Source: a virus
Lineage: Duplodnaviria > Caudoviricetes
Direction: 5' to 3' (one strand)
Length of the DNA: 64,000 nucleotides
IMG/VR virus record: IMGVR_UViG_3300013936_000014
This document shows positions 35,420 through 45,331 of the stretch, one piece after another. Under the pieces are notes generated by a model. That model saw nothing but the letters and a program-made list of their open reading frames with translations, did no database searches and had not been told where the DNA came from. Within the stretch, counting starts at the first letter, position 1; every line of letters begins with the position of its first letter. The translations under genes and the position numbers were made by a program.

Positions 35420-36009
35420 ATTTTTTTCTCCTTCCTCTTCTCTTCCAGTTTTTTGACAAACAACCCATAGTCGCCGTTTTTCGCACGTTTTATCTCTTCC
35501 AAAGAGAAGGTGCCTTCGAACAGCAAATTGAAAGCGTTCCCAAGATGATACAATTCTTTGGAAGGCATATAAGGCCCCTTCACTCTTTTGAAAAGCTCGG
35601 CCGCCGCCATCTCGCCTTTTCTTTTCGCCTCTGAAAGAACAAGGGAGAAATCAACATTATTATCCAACACACAGACATCTCCGGCTTTCACAAAGGCGAA
35701 ATTCAAATAGCCATATAAACGAGAGATGGAACAATTTGGCAAAATTGCGCACGGAAGATATTCGTCCAAGGAATTGAAAAAAAGACTGCATTTTGCGCCG
35801 CGCACCTCCCCCATCCAAACGTCAGAAGGAGCCGAATCCGCCACAATCACAACATCTATATCGCTTTTTCCATCTTCATACGTGCCATTGGCCAATGACC
35901 CCCCATAATACGCCAACAAAGGTTTCACCCCTAATGAGCGAAATTTGGGGAGAAAAACGCCAATCAATTCTTTCACATCAAGCATTTTTCTTTTATTGTT
36001 CTCTCCCAA
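35416..36009 (-). CDS. Pol-beta superfamily nucleotidyltransferase 2
   Basis: YGGSLANGTYEDGKSDID; alternative start at 35985. Confidence 0.8.
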   Translation of the reverse strand: MGENNKRKMLDVKELIGVFLPKFRSLGVKPLLAYYGGSLANGTYEDGKSDIDVVIVADSAPSDVWMGEVRGAKCSLFFNSLDEYLPCAILPNCSISRLYGYLNFAFVKAGDVCVLDNNVDFSLVLSEAKRKGEMAAAELFKRVKGPYMPSKELYHLGNAFNLLFEGTFSLEEIKRAKNGDYGLFVKKLEEKRKEKKI

Positions 36010-36662
36010 AAACCGTTCATATTTTTAAATGGAAAATCGTATTCATCGACATAATGCTTCAGTTTGCTCAGAAGATCCACGAGCACTACGCGATTTTCGT
36101 TTATATACGGGCCAAAATCCGTTTTGCATTTGAGGATATCGTCATCCGAGAAATCCGATAAGCCGAAATGATTTCCTAATTTCATTAAGCCGTAAATCCC
36201 CTTTTTAAGTTTGACGAATACCGCATCGGGATCGTCATTACAGCAAGAAAAAACATTTTTAAGAGACAAAATACTTATCGCTTCCTGATTTTCCCTTAAA
36301 AAAGCAATATATCTTTCCCCTTTTTCCGTAATCGCATAAAAAGAAGTCTCTTCCATAAGAGGAAGTTTCGCCCAAAATGCAGAACACCAGGGGATGCCTT
36401 TATTAGGGCCCCCGTCAAAAGAATTAAGAGAATGGAGATACCAGTGGACTTTCTCACCATTTACAAAAAGGAAACCATCTTTCGTTAAACGCCGCTCAGC
36501 GATATGATCAAGATTGCCGAAAAAAACATTAAAGTCCCAGTCTGATTGGAAGGTTCCCAAGCCAATTCCTCGACTCCCGCCAAGAGCAATCGCTATGGGT
36601 TCGCCGTTTAGGCTCTTCTTACCGAATTTTCTCCAAAACAAATAAAAATCCGAAAATGTCAT
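35973..36662 (-). CDS. Pol-beta superfamily nucleotidyltransferase 1
   Basis: LGGSRGIGLGTFQSDWD. Confidence 0.8.
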   Translation of the reverse strand: MTFSDFYLFWRKFGKKSLNGEPIAIALGGSRGIGLGTFQSDWDFNVFFGNLDHIAERRLTKDGFLFVNGEKVHWYLHSLNSFDGGPNKGIPWCSAFWAKLPLMEETSFYAITEKGERYIAFLRENQEAISILSLKNVFSCCNDDPDAVFVKLKKGIYGLMKLGNHFGLSDFSDDDILKCKTDFGPYINENRVVLVDLLSKLKHYVDEYDFPFKNMNGFWERTIKEKCLM

Positions 36663-36985
36663 TTTTCTTCTTTTTTCTCTGGGTCATTCGTCGAAGAAGA
36701 ATCGAAAATTTCATGAAAGTATGATACAACCGATTTTTTCCCCTCACCCTCGATGAGAAAATAATCATCGTTATCCCCTGTTAGGGGATTTTCCAAGCGA
36801 TCCCCTTTTTCATCAACGATCTGTTCATATAAAGATAATTGGGAAAAAACCTCCCCTGTCTTTATATTATATGCGACGGGAGCCCCTGAAACGGAATCGA
36901 TTTTACCCAGACAATGGTTTTTTATATAAAGAAAATTCTCTCCCGAATCATCTATCGGAATCTTCGTATATTTTTCGATATGCAT
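36659..36985 (-). CDS. hypothetical protein
   Basis: GAGGGG RBS; coupled (ATGA) to the first nucleotidyltransferase gene. Confidence 0.55.
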   Translation of the reverse strand: MHIEKYTKIPIDDSGENFLYIKNHCLGKIDSVSGAPVAYNIKTGEVFSQLSLYEQIVDEKGDRLENPLTGDNDDYFLIEGEGKKSVVSYFHEIFDSSSTNDPEKKEEK

Positions 36986-36996
36986 ACAACCCCCCC

Positions 36997-38472
36997 TCAT
37001 GTCTCTGCTTCAACCGTAAAAGTATAGGTGATGACCCCAGATACGGCGGTGCCGTGATAACCAGACCCCGTAGGCGAAAAATATGCCTTCAGAGTATAGG
37101 TGCTGCCAGTGCTGACCGACCAAGTATTCGGGCAAGTGGCAGAAGACATCGCGGGAACCTCCACTTTCCAGTAATCAACGCGAGTTCCGCTAGTCCCTGT
37201 GCCAGAATATAAATCAAGGCTGGCGCATAGCTGAACGGCATTGTTGTTAGCAATGTCAAAAGTCACTTTCGTGGGGGCAGAATCGTCGTCATAAGACGTC
37301 GAGACGACGATAGGATTGACATAGAGGTATCCGGAATCAGGAGCCTGAAACGGATAATAGACAGATTCTGATATCTGTTTCCCACTATAGCTTCGAGAGT
37401 CGACGAAATAAAGCATAATAACATATTTTGAGCCTCTTGCCATGGTAAAAGTCGTCCCGGACCCACTGGAAGTGATCAACGTGCCCGTTCCATTGGCCGG
37501 GCAATTCGCGAGCCAATAATCGGTCCCAGAGCCTGTGGTATTGAAATATTTGACATAGCAATATTTTTGGCTGCTGTTATTATTCTTGACCGTAACCTGA
37601 AAAGAAGTTGAGGTTGCTGAAGACGGCAAGCAGCTCACGAGTTGAGGAGGGTATATCGTTGTGGTAGAAGCCTTCACAGAGGGTGACCGAGTATTGGCAT
37701 CATCGGCAGAAAGCGCAGAATTCAAATAATAATAATGCCCCCCTAGGGTGGTGGTTGAGGCAATGGCGCCGAAGTCTCCCGCCGCGCCGCTGCTTGTAGC
37801 ACCCGACCCAACTTGCGCCGAAGTGCCGGCGGCTATTGTTGTTTTGCTTCCCGTGTATTGATCATAGCAACAAGCATCAACAGAGTTGGGATTCCTCATC
37901 TTCAAAACATAATTAATTTTGCCCACGGCAAACCTATATTGGGCATAAGGCCAAGGGTTTGAAGAATCATAGCTGTTGTTTGTATAAGTAATGTCGAACG
38001 ATATTGCCGTCGGAGACGAAAATTTTTTATACACGACCAATTCGCCCAATGTCGAAGCGACGCTTTGCTCCTGATACGGGAATAAGGGATCGATGCGGGT
38101 GGCGACCGAGACGGTATTTGCCCCGGGCTTCAGTGCGCTCGATGCATCCCAGGTGTAAGACCACGAGGTGTTCGGCCCCAAGACCATGAAAGTGCCGTTG
38201 GGGAAATTCGTTTCCGCCGCCGTGCTTGAGACATTCGGATTCATACAGGACCAACTGAGCAGAACCTCCTTCACGCTATCTTTGTTGTTGACATTGGCTA
38301 TCGTGACCGTGACTTTCGTGCCATCCACCGTCATGGACGAGATAGGGTTCGGCAAAAGGCTCTCTTTGCCAGTCGTTTGGGATAATGCGAAATACTTTCC
38401 GCCGCTGTAAACCGCCATACTTTTGACATCCGAAGTCGGCTTAGTCCCGGAGTATGCTTTGTATTTTCTCAT
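36997..38472 (-). CDS. Ser/Thr-rich beta-sandwich protein, probable fibre tip/adhesin
   Basis: Repeated Ig-like strands with NxN(S/A) turns; last gene of the fibre chain; ATG 38472. Confidence 0.55.
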   Translation of the reverse strand: MRKYKAYSGTKPTSDVKSMAVYSGGKYFALSQTTGKESLLPNPISSMTVDGTKVTVTIANVNNKDSVKEVLLSWSCMNPNVSSTAAETNFPNGTFMVLGPNTSWSYTWDASSALKPGANTVSVATRIDPLFPYQEQSVASTLGELVVYKKFSSPTAISFDITYTNNSYDSSNPWPYAQYRFAVGKINYVLKMRNPNSVDACCYDQYTGSKTTIAAGTSAQVGSGATSSGAAGDFGAIASTTTLGGHYYYLNSALSADDANTRSPSVKASTTTIYPPQLVSCLPSSATSTSFQVTVKNNNSSQKYCYVKYFNTTGSGTDYWLANCPANGTGTLITSSGSGTTFTMARGSKYVIMLYFVDSRSYSGKQISESVYYPFQAPDSGYLYVNPIVVSTSYDDDSAPTKVTFDIANNNAVQLCASLDLYSGTGTSGTRVDYWKVEVPAMSSATCPNTWSVSTGSTYTLKAYFSPTGSGYHGTAVSGVITYTFTVEAET

Positions 38473-38509
38473 AAGGCCCCTCCTTTTCCGTAACACTGTA
38501 GCATAAAAG

Positions 38510-39742
38510 TCACCTCAAGTCAACCATCGTCACCGTGGGCTCGGCTGGAAGAGTGGCCGTAATGTTCGTCGACCCCACGGTCGCAAGGGTGACCGCCGAG
38601 CCCCACGCAAGGGTGGCATTCTTATTCGTCGTCGCCGGAGAGCTGATGACAATACCCCCGTTAGAATCGGTCGCGACTACCGTTCCGCCGGAGCCCTTGA
38701 TATTGAACTGCGATCTCAGCGCCCCATTCTCATAGAGTTTCAAATAAGCCTCTCCATTGTTGGTGGCCTTATTGGCTGCCGTGTCTTTTGCGCCGACATA
38801 AAGATAAGAACTCCAATGGGTATCTGTATTCGTATCCGTCCAGGGGACGCTCACCGTCATGGAGCCATCACTCGCGACGCTGACTCCATATGTCTTACCA
38901 TTTGTCGTGCCGCCTTTCACAAGTCCTTTTGCGGAATTGGTCGCCGTTCCCGGCAATTGATTGGTCGTCGCCACCGCTTGCCCATTCTTCAATACGGTGC
39001 CGTCATCCTTCACCCGTAGAAAATTCGATGCGTTGGCGGAAAGGGACCACTGCAAAGTGCCGGCCGGCGTTGTGGTCGACCCCACCCCATCATAGGCGTC
39101 CGTAACGCCGTTCATCGCCCCCAGGGTGAAGTCGAAGGCGAAATACGAATACGTCTTTATGTACAGAGTGGCGGTGCTGTTGGAGCTTGCGGAGCCAGAA
39201 GTGTACACGACAAGGTCGCACAGGCTCAATGACGCATTCCCGAGAATGGTGCCGGTGGCGGCAACGCCATCTCTGTTCGATATCATCATCGAAAGATACC
39301 CTTTGTTGCCGTTGTTCCATCCTCCTATTCTTCCATCCACGGTCAAAGAGCAGGAATTGCCGGCATTGTCTATCGGAAAGGAAGCCAGCTTGTAATAAGT
39401 GTAGGTGCCCGCGGTATTTCCGCTGTTCCCGCTCTTGTAATGCCTGCTGTTGTTCGCTTTTTTATTTAAAGCCGCTTGGGTGGCATTCGATATCGGCTTA
39501 TTCAAGTCGCTCGTGTTATCCACGTTGCCCAAGCCGACGTCGTTCTTCGTGTAAGAGAATTTATCCACCGTAAGAAACGGCAGATTCCCGACCGTCGTGG
39601 TCCCGTCGCCGACCTTCGCTTTATGAAGATCGCTGTAGTAAATGTATTCGCCTTTCAGCGGGACGAAAGCGGTCGCTTTGCCCCAATTGGCGCTTGTGTC
39701 GGCCTTTTGCTGAATGCGCGTTTTCAATTTCTTTTCTGCCAT
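38510..39742 (-). CDS. tail fibre protein with Mtd/hyaluronidase-type N-terminal domain
   Basis: RIQQKADTSANW...PLKGE...KVGDG...LPF; DVGLGNVDNTSDLNKPIS repeat. Confidence 0.8.
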   Translation of the reverse strand: MAEKKLKTRIQQKADTSANWGKATAFVPLKGEYIYYSDLHKAKVGDGTTTVGNLPFLTVDKFSYTKNDVGLGNVDNTSDLNKPISNATQAALNKKANNSRHYKSGNSGNTAGTYTYYKLASFPIDNAGNSCSLTVDGRIGGWNNGNKGYLSMMISNRDGVAATGTILGNASLSLCDLVVYTSGSASSNSTATLYIKTYSYFAFDFTLGAMNGVTDAYDGVGSTTTPAGTLQWSLSANASNFLRVKDDGTVLKNGQAVATTNQLPGTATNSAKGLVKGGTTNGKTYGVSVASDGSMTVSVPWTDTNTDTHWSSYLYVGAKDTAANKATNNGEAYLKLYENGALRSQFNIKGSGGTVVATDSNGGIVISSPATTNKNATLAWGSAVTLATVGSTNITATLPAEPTVTMVDLR

Positions 39743-39949
39743 GATTGTCTCCTCCATTTATCGTTTCCAAAACTTGCAGAGATTGCCCTTCCCCATCATT
39801 CCAGAGGAAGGAGATATTCGCAATCCATCGTATTCTTGAATATGAACGACCCAAAAAGACATTGGATCGCAAATATCGCGGAACGGCCCGAAGGCGCGGG
39901 GTCTCCGCGCCTTGCGTTCCTTTTCATCCGCCCGAATAAAATCGGGCTT

Positions 39950-41701
39950 TTATTGACTTACCTTCGGCGCTCCACCGCATTCGAAGACGAACGTGACGGC
40001 GTCGTCGATTGCGATTTTCGGGGTTGCCGCATCTCCGGTGACCTTCAGACCGGTGTCTGCGGTCACGGCCGTGACCGTGCCCACTTTGTCGACGCCCGAG
40101 TGCGTCTTGATCTGAGCCTCGGCAAGCGCCTTGATGTCAGCGTCGGATTTGCCAGCGATGGTGACGGTGTTGGCCGTGGCATCCGCGGTCACGGAGACAT
40201 TGGTCCCCGCGACGATGCCGATTTCGGCATTGGCCCCGAACATGGTTTTCCCAACCTTGATCTTCTGGTTGGTGTCCTCGGCGATGGCAGGCTTGTCTTT
40301 CAGATCGTTGTAGCTGCCGGAAGTGGCGACTCCCGCCAATCCGCTGATAAGCTCGGCGCCAAGCTTGTTTTCCGCGGTGATGGCGTCTTGCTTGGCGTTC
40401 CATGTGGCGGCGCTGGCGATTCTCGCGTCGGCGAATGTGCCAGAAGCGATCTTCGCGGCATCCAATGACGGGATGTCAGAAGCGGCAAGGCTTTCGCCTT
40501 TGGTGACCAAACCTTTGGAGTCATAGGTCACTTTCGTCGCCGTCCCGGCGGTGATGCCGGCGTTTTTGGCGACATAATATCCGTCAGCCGTGGCTTTCGT
40601 CAAATGGGTTCCCTCATCGCCCAATTCGACCCAGCTCTTCGTTGTCCCGTCGTCTGTCTTCGTTTCCAAAAGGATGTATTCCTTCGTTCCGGTGACGATG
40701 AGATCGCCGTTGCTGTAATCGTCGGTGGCCGGGAGTTTGTCGACCTTGCCTTTGAAGGTCACCCCTGCTTTGATGCTGGATTGCAGATTCGCGATGGCCG
40801 TCTCATTGGCGGTGACCTTCGCGTCGTTCTCGGTCTTGTAGGAATTCAGCGCAGAAGCCGCGTCTGTGCCGGCTTTCTTCGCGTCGGCGATAGCCGCCGT
40901 GTTGGATTCCTCGAAAGTGTTGAAATCGGCCTTTGGCAAGGCGGCGTCGGCTTTCGTGCCCTGGGCCGCCGTGGCATAGGCGCCGGCATCCGTATAAGCG
41001 GCGCTGCCGAGCCCGGTCACCGCGACGTTGTCGGTGGCTTTCCCGCCGACAGTGATCTTCAGAGTGCCGTTGTCGGTTCCGGATTCCAATACGACTTCCT
41101 GATGGGACTGCAAAGCGGAATCGGCTTTGCCCAAAGATGCCTGGACATCGCTGGAGAGATCGCTCTCGGGGATGCCTCCCTCAGGCTTGGAGTATTTCGC
41201 GGCGACGGACGCGGCGAGCTCTTTCAAAGCACCGTTGACGTCTTTTGCCGTGATGCCTTCGATCTCAATGGCTTTGTCTTGCTTTCCGTCTAAAGCCGTG
41301 GACGTGAGGATGTCGCCAAGATCGACGACTCCGTTGGTCGGGCTCTTCGTCTCCCCGTTCACGGTGATGCCGGTGACGGTGCCGGTCTTCTTCAGGCCTG
41401 GGAAAGCGGATTCGGTGACGCCGACCTCAGAAGCCGTGTAAGAAGGCTTTGAGGAGGCTTTCGCCCATGCGTAGACATCCGCGGCAAGCGCGGATCCCCA
41501 CTTCAGCGCCCCCCATGCGGCTACGCCGTCCCCGACTTTGAACAAGACGGTTGGGGCAGTGGTCGCGGTAGGGTCTTTCTCAGGTATCTCAACAAAGCAT
41601 ATCTCACCTTTCTTCGGAATGAAGGTGTCGGCCACAGAATTCCAGTTTTCCAAGGTGTCATACTTGAGTTGTATCCTGGTTTTTAAAACTTTTTCTGCCA
41701 T
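39950..41701 (-). CDS. tail fibre protein with Mtd-type N-terminal domain
   Basis: RIQLKYDTLENW...PKKGE...KVGDG; ATAAQGTKAD, KVTYDSKGLVTKG and ATSGSYNDLKDKP fibre repeats. Confidence 0.8.
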   Translation of the reverse strand: MAEKVLKTRIQLKYDTLENWNSVADTFIPKKGEICFVEIPEKDPTATTAPTVLFKVGDGVAAWGALKWGSALAADVYAWAKASSKPSYTASEVGVTESAFPGLKKTGTVTGITVNGETKSPTNGVVDLGDILTSTALDGKQDKAIEIEGITAKDVNGALKELAASVAAKYSKPEGGIPESDLSSDVQASLGKADSALQSHQEVVLESGTDNGTLKITVGGKATDNVAVTGLGSAAYTDAGAYATAAQGTKADAALPKADFNTFEESNTAAIADAKKAGTDAASALNSYKTENDAKVTANETAIANLQSSIKAGVTFKGKVDKLPATDDYSNGDLIVTGTKEYILLETKTDDGTTKSWVELGDEGTHLTKATADGYYVAKNAGITAGTATKVTYDSKGLVTKGESLAASDIPSLDAAKIASGTFADARIASAATWNAKQDAITAENKLGAELISGLAGVATSGSYNDLKDKPAIAEDTNQKIKVGKTMFGANAEIGIVAGTNVSVTADATANTVTIAGKSDADIKALAEAQIKTHSGVDKVGTVTAVTADTGLKVTGDAATPKIAIDDAVTFVFECGGAPKVSQ

Positions 41702-41725
41702 GTATTAAATCTCCTTATGAAAATT

Positions 41726-41755
41726 GCAAAAAAGGGGAGATTTCCCCTTTTTTGC
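41726..41755. terminator. bidirectional terminator-like hairpin
   Basis: GCAAAAAAGGGGA/TCCCCTTTTTTGC. Confidence 0.55.
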
Positions 41756-41763
41756 CAGTGATT

Positions 41764-43059
41764 TTATTCGTTTGCGCCCCCGCCGTCTATCGTCAAGGTC
41801 TTCGTGCCTTGCTTCAGAAGATCGGTAGAGACTTCTTTGATGCTGAACGCGTGGTTCTCGTCCAATTCCAAACCGCCGTTCTCTTTCGCGGTGTAGGCGA
41901 CAGCGGCAGGAACCTCGACATAGGCTTTCCCTTCTTCGTCGAGTTTCAGAGAAGCTTCGCCGGCAGCGGCTTCGTGTCCGATCTTGATCGCGCCCAAAGC
42001 GTCTGCGGTGGCTTGCGGAAGAGCCTCGACTCCCCATTTGCCGCCTCTGTAAGAGACAAGGCCGTCGCCCGTCAGGGTGATCTTGTCTTGCTTGTTTTCC
42101 CATCCTTTGATGGCGATAGGGGTTCCTTCTTCCTCTCCTTTCTTCAAGGTGAGTTTGCCGTCTTCCGGGCTCTCCAGGACATAAGCCGGGATCGCCGCGA
42201 CTTTCGTGTCGACCAATGCGTTGACGCTGTCATCGAAATCGGTGATGTCTGCGTGCGTGTGCGTGTGGTCGGCGGCGGCTGCGCCGATATCAGCGACGGC
42301 CAAGGTGATGTTCTCACTCAGGGCTTTGCCGTTGATCGTTCTGGTGAGCGGGACGTAAGTGGAGGCGGCCTCGGTCTTCGTGAGGTGAGAGCCTTCGTCG
42401 CCAAGCTCTATCCATTTCGTTCCATTGTAGACGAACTCTTTTTTGCCAAAGAGGCAGACATCGCCGGACTCGAATGATTCGACCCCTTCCACGGTGGCTC
42501 CGCCTTCAGAGGACGGATCGGTGGTGGAGGTGCCGACGAAATGCATCGCTCCGGTTATTCCGGCAAGCTTGCCTTCGGCCGCGGTGACCCTTGTGTCTAA
42601 GCCAGTTATGGCATCGGCATTCGTTTTTTCGGCGGCTTTTGCCCTATCAGCCTCGGCGGTGATCTTCGCTTCCACCCCGTCAAGCTTCGCTTTGTCTTCT
42701 TTTGACATCAAGCCGTCTTTTTCGGTCGTTGCGAGGATCAGCTTGCCCTCAATGGTCGTGCAGCGAGTCTCGAGAGCGCTCACTTTGCTTGCCAATTCGT
42801 CCGCGCTGGACGCTTGACCGAATTTCGTCAAGGTCTTGCCGGCATTGATTTGATACAAGCCAACCCCGGCTTCGCTATCCTTGACGATCAAGAGCTGACC
42901 GATGTAATAAGCGCTGTCCGAACTGCCTACTTCGGCAGCTCCGGACGCGGCTTGGACCGCATCGTCGTAACTTTCGAAATAACTATTGGCGTCTAACGGG
43001 AACGCGGAGGTTCTGTTGAAACCAACAGCGAAATTCAATTTACCAAATTCCATTGACAT
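41764..43059 (-). CDS. tail fibre protein
   Basis: AFPLDANSYF N-terminus, DGLMSKEDKAKLDG, RTINGKALSENITL, ATADALGAIKIG. Confidence 0.75.
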   Translation of the reverse strand: MSMEFGKLNFAVGFNRTSAFPLDANSYFESYDDAVQAASGAAEVGSSDSAYYIGQLLIVKDSEAGVGLYQINAGKTLTKFGQASSADELASKVSALETRCTTIEGKLILATTEKDGLMSKEDKAKLDGVEAKITAEADRAKAAEKTNADAITGLDTRVTAAEGKLAGITGAMHFVGTSTTDPSSEGGATVEGVESFESGDVCLFGKKEFVYNGTKWIELGDEGSHLTKTEAASTYVPLTRTINGKALSENITLAVADIGAAAADHTHTHADITDFDDSVNALVDTKVAAIPAYVLESPEDGKLTLKKGEEEGTPIAIKGWENKQDKITLTGDGLVSYRGGKWGVEALPQATADALGAIKIGHEAAAGEASLKLDEEGKAYVEVPAAVAYTAKENGGLELDENHAFSIKEVSTDLLKQGTKTLTIDGGGANE

Positions 43060-43076
43060 ATTTCCTTACCCCCTCA

Positions 43077-44144
43077 TCAAGCAACCGTGAAATGCCATTT
43101 GTTGGCTTTGTCGCAGGCTGCTGCATTGTCCTTATAATAGACATTATAGGATTTGGCCGTATAGCCGTTGGCGCCTTCAACATCCACAGTGATGTGCTTG
43201 AATGCGCTGAAAGCTTCGGCATTCAAACCGTTCACGTCTTTGATCGACGTGATCGTCCTTGGCGCCGGAACGGCGATGATGACTCTCATATCGCCGACGG
43301 ATTCAGCCGCATCTCCGGTATTGCCGGCGGAAATCGATCCGCCTTTTTTGCCGGACAATCCGCGAATGACGGCGCTCGTTGGGGTGCCTTCCTTCGATTT
43401 GACACCGCCCCAGAAGCTGTTCCGGTAACCAGTGATGGCAGATGAGGTGGAGCTCTTCGTGCCCGCTTTGATTGCCAGATCAGGCTTCTCAGTGCCTAAA
43501 TTGTTCTTAGGGCTTACGCCTGCGGTGTGGGTTGCCACAACGCTCACTTTATAATTGGTGTCATCAGCGACGGTGAATTGATAATTGCCGTCTTCCACGG
43601 CGAAATTGCCGCTGTCGGCGGTAGCGGTGTGCTTATCGGTGTCAGAAACCGCAAAAGTGGCGGTAACCCCCGTAGCAGGGCCATATTGATAACTGCCGCT
43701 GCCAAAACCGACCTGATAGCTGGGGGTGATGACCGTGCCGACCTCTTTTGCCCCAGCCTCATTCAATCTGATACTGACCCAAGGTTGGTCGACTTTAGGA
43801 TCTTTCGCCGAAGCGAACAGCCCGGATAAGAATTCCTTCAATGTCTTGTCTTTGGCGGCTATCGTTCCGCTTCCGGAAGCCGGCACGGTGAAAGTGCCAA
43901 TATTGACGGTCGCGGTGAAATCGCTTGTCATTTTGACGTTTTCGTCGGTGAGCTCTATCTCGTCTTTGACCGCGTAAGGAAGCTCTTCCCAAGTCTTAAC
44001 GCCATCACCGATCTTGAATTTGTTCGTATCGGTCTCAACGCCAATCTCACCCGCCAAGAGAATGACGCTCTTATTGGCCAGCCAGTTGGCCGCGGTGTCA
44101 TGACGAAGCTGAATTTTCATTTTCAAAATACTGTTTTCAGCCAT
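43077..44144 (-). CDS. tail fibre protein with Mtd-type N-terminal domain
   Basis: IQLRHDTAANW...LLAGEIGVETDTNKFKIGDGVKTWEELPY. Confidence 0.8.
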   Translation of the reverse strand: MAENSILKMKIQLRHDTAANWLANKSVILLAGEIGVETDTNKFKIGDGVKTWEELPYAVKDEIELTDENVKMTSDFTATVNIGTFTVPASGSGTIAAKDKTLKEFLSGLFASAKDPKVDQPWVSIRLNEAGAKEVGTVITPSYQVGFGSGSYQYGPATGVTATFAVSDTDKHTATADSGNFAVEDGNYQFTVADDTNYKVSVVATHTAGVSPKNNLGTEKPDLAIKAGTKSSTSSAITGYRNSFWGGVKSKEGTPTSAVIRGLSGKKGGSISAGNTGDAAESVGDMRVIIAVPAPRTITSIKDVNGLNAEAFSAFKHITVDVEGANGYTAKSYNVYYKDNAAACDKANKWHFTVA

Positions 44145-44191
44145 AACTTCTAATTTCCTCCTCCTGAAAATGTGCCTTTTGGACAACACGG

Positions 44192-44797
44192 TCACAAACC
44201 GTTGCTGTCTCCCCCGAAAAGAATTACGGAACTCTCGTCGGATTCCCCGTTGAGAACATTCACTATGTCTTGCTTCGCGGTGGGCGAATCGGTGAGCTTC
44301 GCCGCTTTGACATATGCCAGCCCGTTTTCTTCGACCTTGACATAATTCCTTTCACCGTCTTCGGAGGTCTCGACCTTTGAGGATCTTATGCCTCCTATTG
44401 CATCTTCCGTGGCGATTTTCGCATCGAGGCTGGTGGCCCCAGCGGCATGCCATTCATTCTCGCTCCAGAAGTATAGCAAATAATTTTTCCCGTCTTCCGA
44501 AAGCACCGCATAAAGGGCGTTTTCGCTCGCCTCGTCTTCTTTTGGCAAAGAGCTCACGACCTCAAGCCTGAGGGACGGGATGTCCCCGGCGCCGAATATC
44601 GATTGCCCGCCTATCGTCTTGACGTCCAACGGCGTCTGTCCTTCCAACGGCTCTCCTTTCCGATAAAGATAAAGCTTTCCGTCTACGGCGACGATGTCCG
44701 TGGGGGCCTGCTCCGTGGCGATTATGCCTGCGCTCGAAAGCCTGATTCTCTTTTTTATTACCAAATTGATTTCCGAGTTTTCCTTGTCTAATGACAT
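44192..44797 (-). CDS. tail fibre-related protein
   Basis: VKTIGGQSIFGAGDI, VVSSLP...ALY, ATEDAIGGIR fibre motifs. Confidence 0.65.
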   Translation of the reverse strand: MSLDKENSEINLVIKKRIRLSSAGIIATEQAPTDIVAVDGKLYLYRKGEPLEGQTPLDVKTIGGQSIFGAGDIPSLRLEVVSSLPKEDEASENALYAVLSEDGKNYLLYFWSENEWHAAGATSLDAKIATEDAIGGIRSSKVETSEDGERNYVKVEENGLAYVKAAKLTDSPTAKQDIVNVLNGESDESSVILFGGDSNGL

Positions 44798-45222
44798 ATT
44801 TCTACCTCCGCTTTGTTGTTGACGCAAATCGTGGTAATATCCGTCGACACGGAACCATTCTCATCTTTGCGCACGTATCTCACGCAATAAGTGTATTTCC
44901 CGCGATGAAATTTATGGGAAATATCCTTGGTGAACTCCAAAGAAGCCACGTGGTAGTTCTCCGACCCATTGTCATTGCTTATGTTTTTGCAGATGAAAGA
45001 GTGGATCACCTCTTTCCTTCCGTTGTAGAAAGTCACAACTACCTGGTCATTTGGTCCGAAATCGATCAATTTGTTGACCTGGTTGCCTTTCTCATCGGTC
45101 TCCTGCTCTACGAGGTTGATTTCCATGTCGACAGCGAAAGTGTCCCCATAGAACCACTTCAGCACGCCCTTGTCCATGCGAGGACTCTGGGGCGCAGGAA
45201 CCATAATATTCTCATCTTCCAT
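44788..45222 (-). CDS. small beta-rich structural protein (possible fibre anchor, BppU-like)
   Basis: YGDTF...GKYTYCVRY pattern; first gene of the fibre chain; GGAGG RBS. Confidence 0.45.
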   Translation of the reverse strand: MEDENIMVPAPQSPRMDKGVLKWFYGDTFAVDMEINLVEQETDEKGNQVNKLIDFGPNDQVVVTFYNGRKEVIHSFICKNISNDNGSENYHVASLEFTKDISHKFHRGKYTYCVRYVRKDENGSVSTDITTICVNNKAEVEICH

Positions 45223-45331
45223 AATTAAGCCCTCCGCGTTGAGATTCCTTTTTCGCAAGAAACCTTTGTTGAGGGAGCTTGAAATCCGAACCCCCTCTGA
45301 AAGATCCCTTGCAGACCTCTTTAAAACCATG

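Noticed and set aside
38510-44144. Diversity-generating retroelement suggested by Mtd-type domains
   Set aside because: Only the N-terminal structural domain is present; no reverse transcriptase or TR/VR pair seen in this window.
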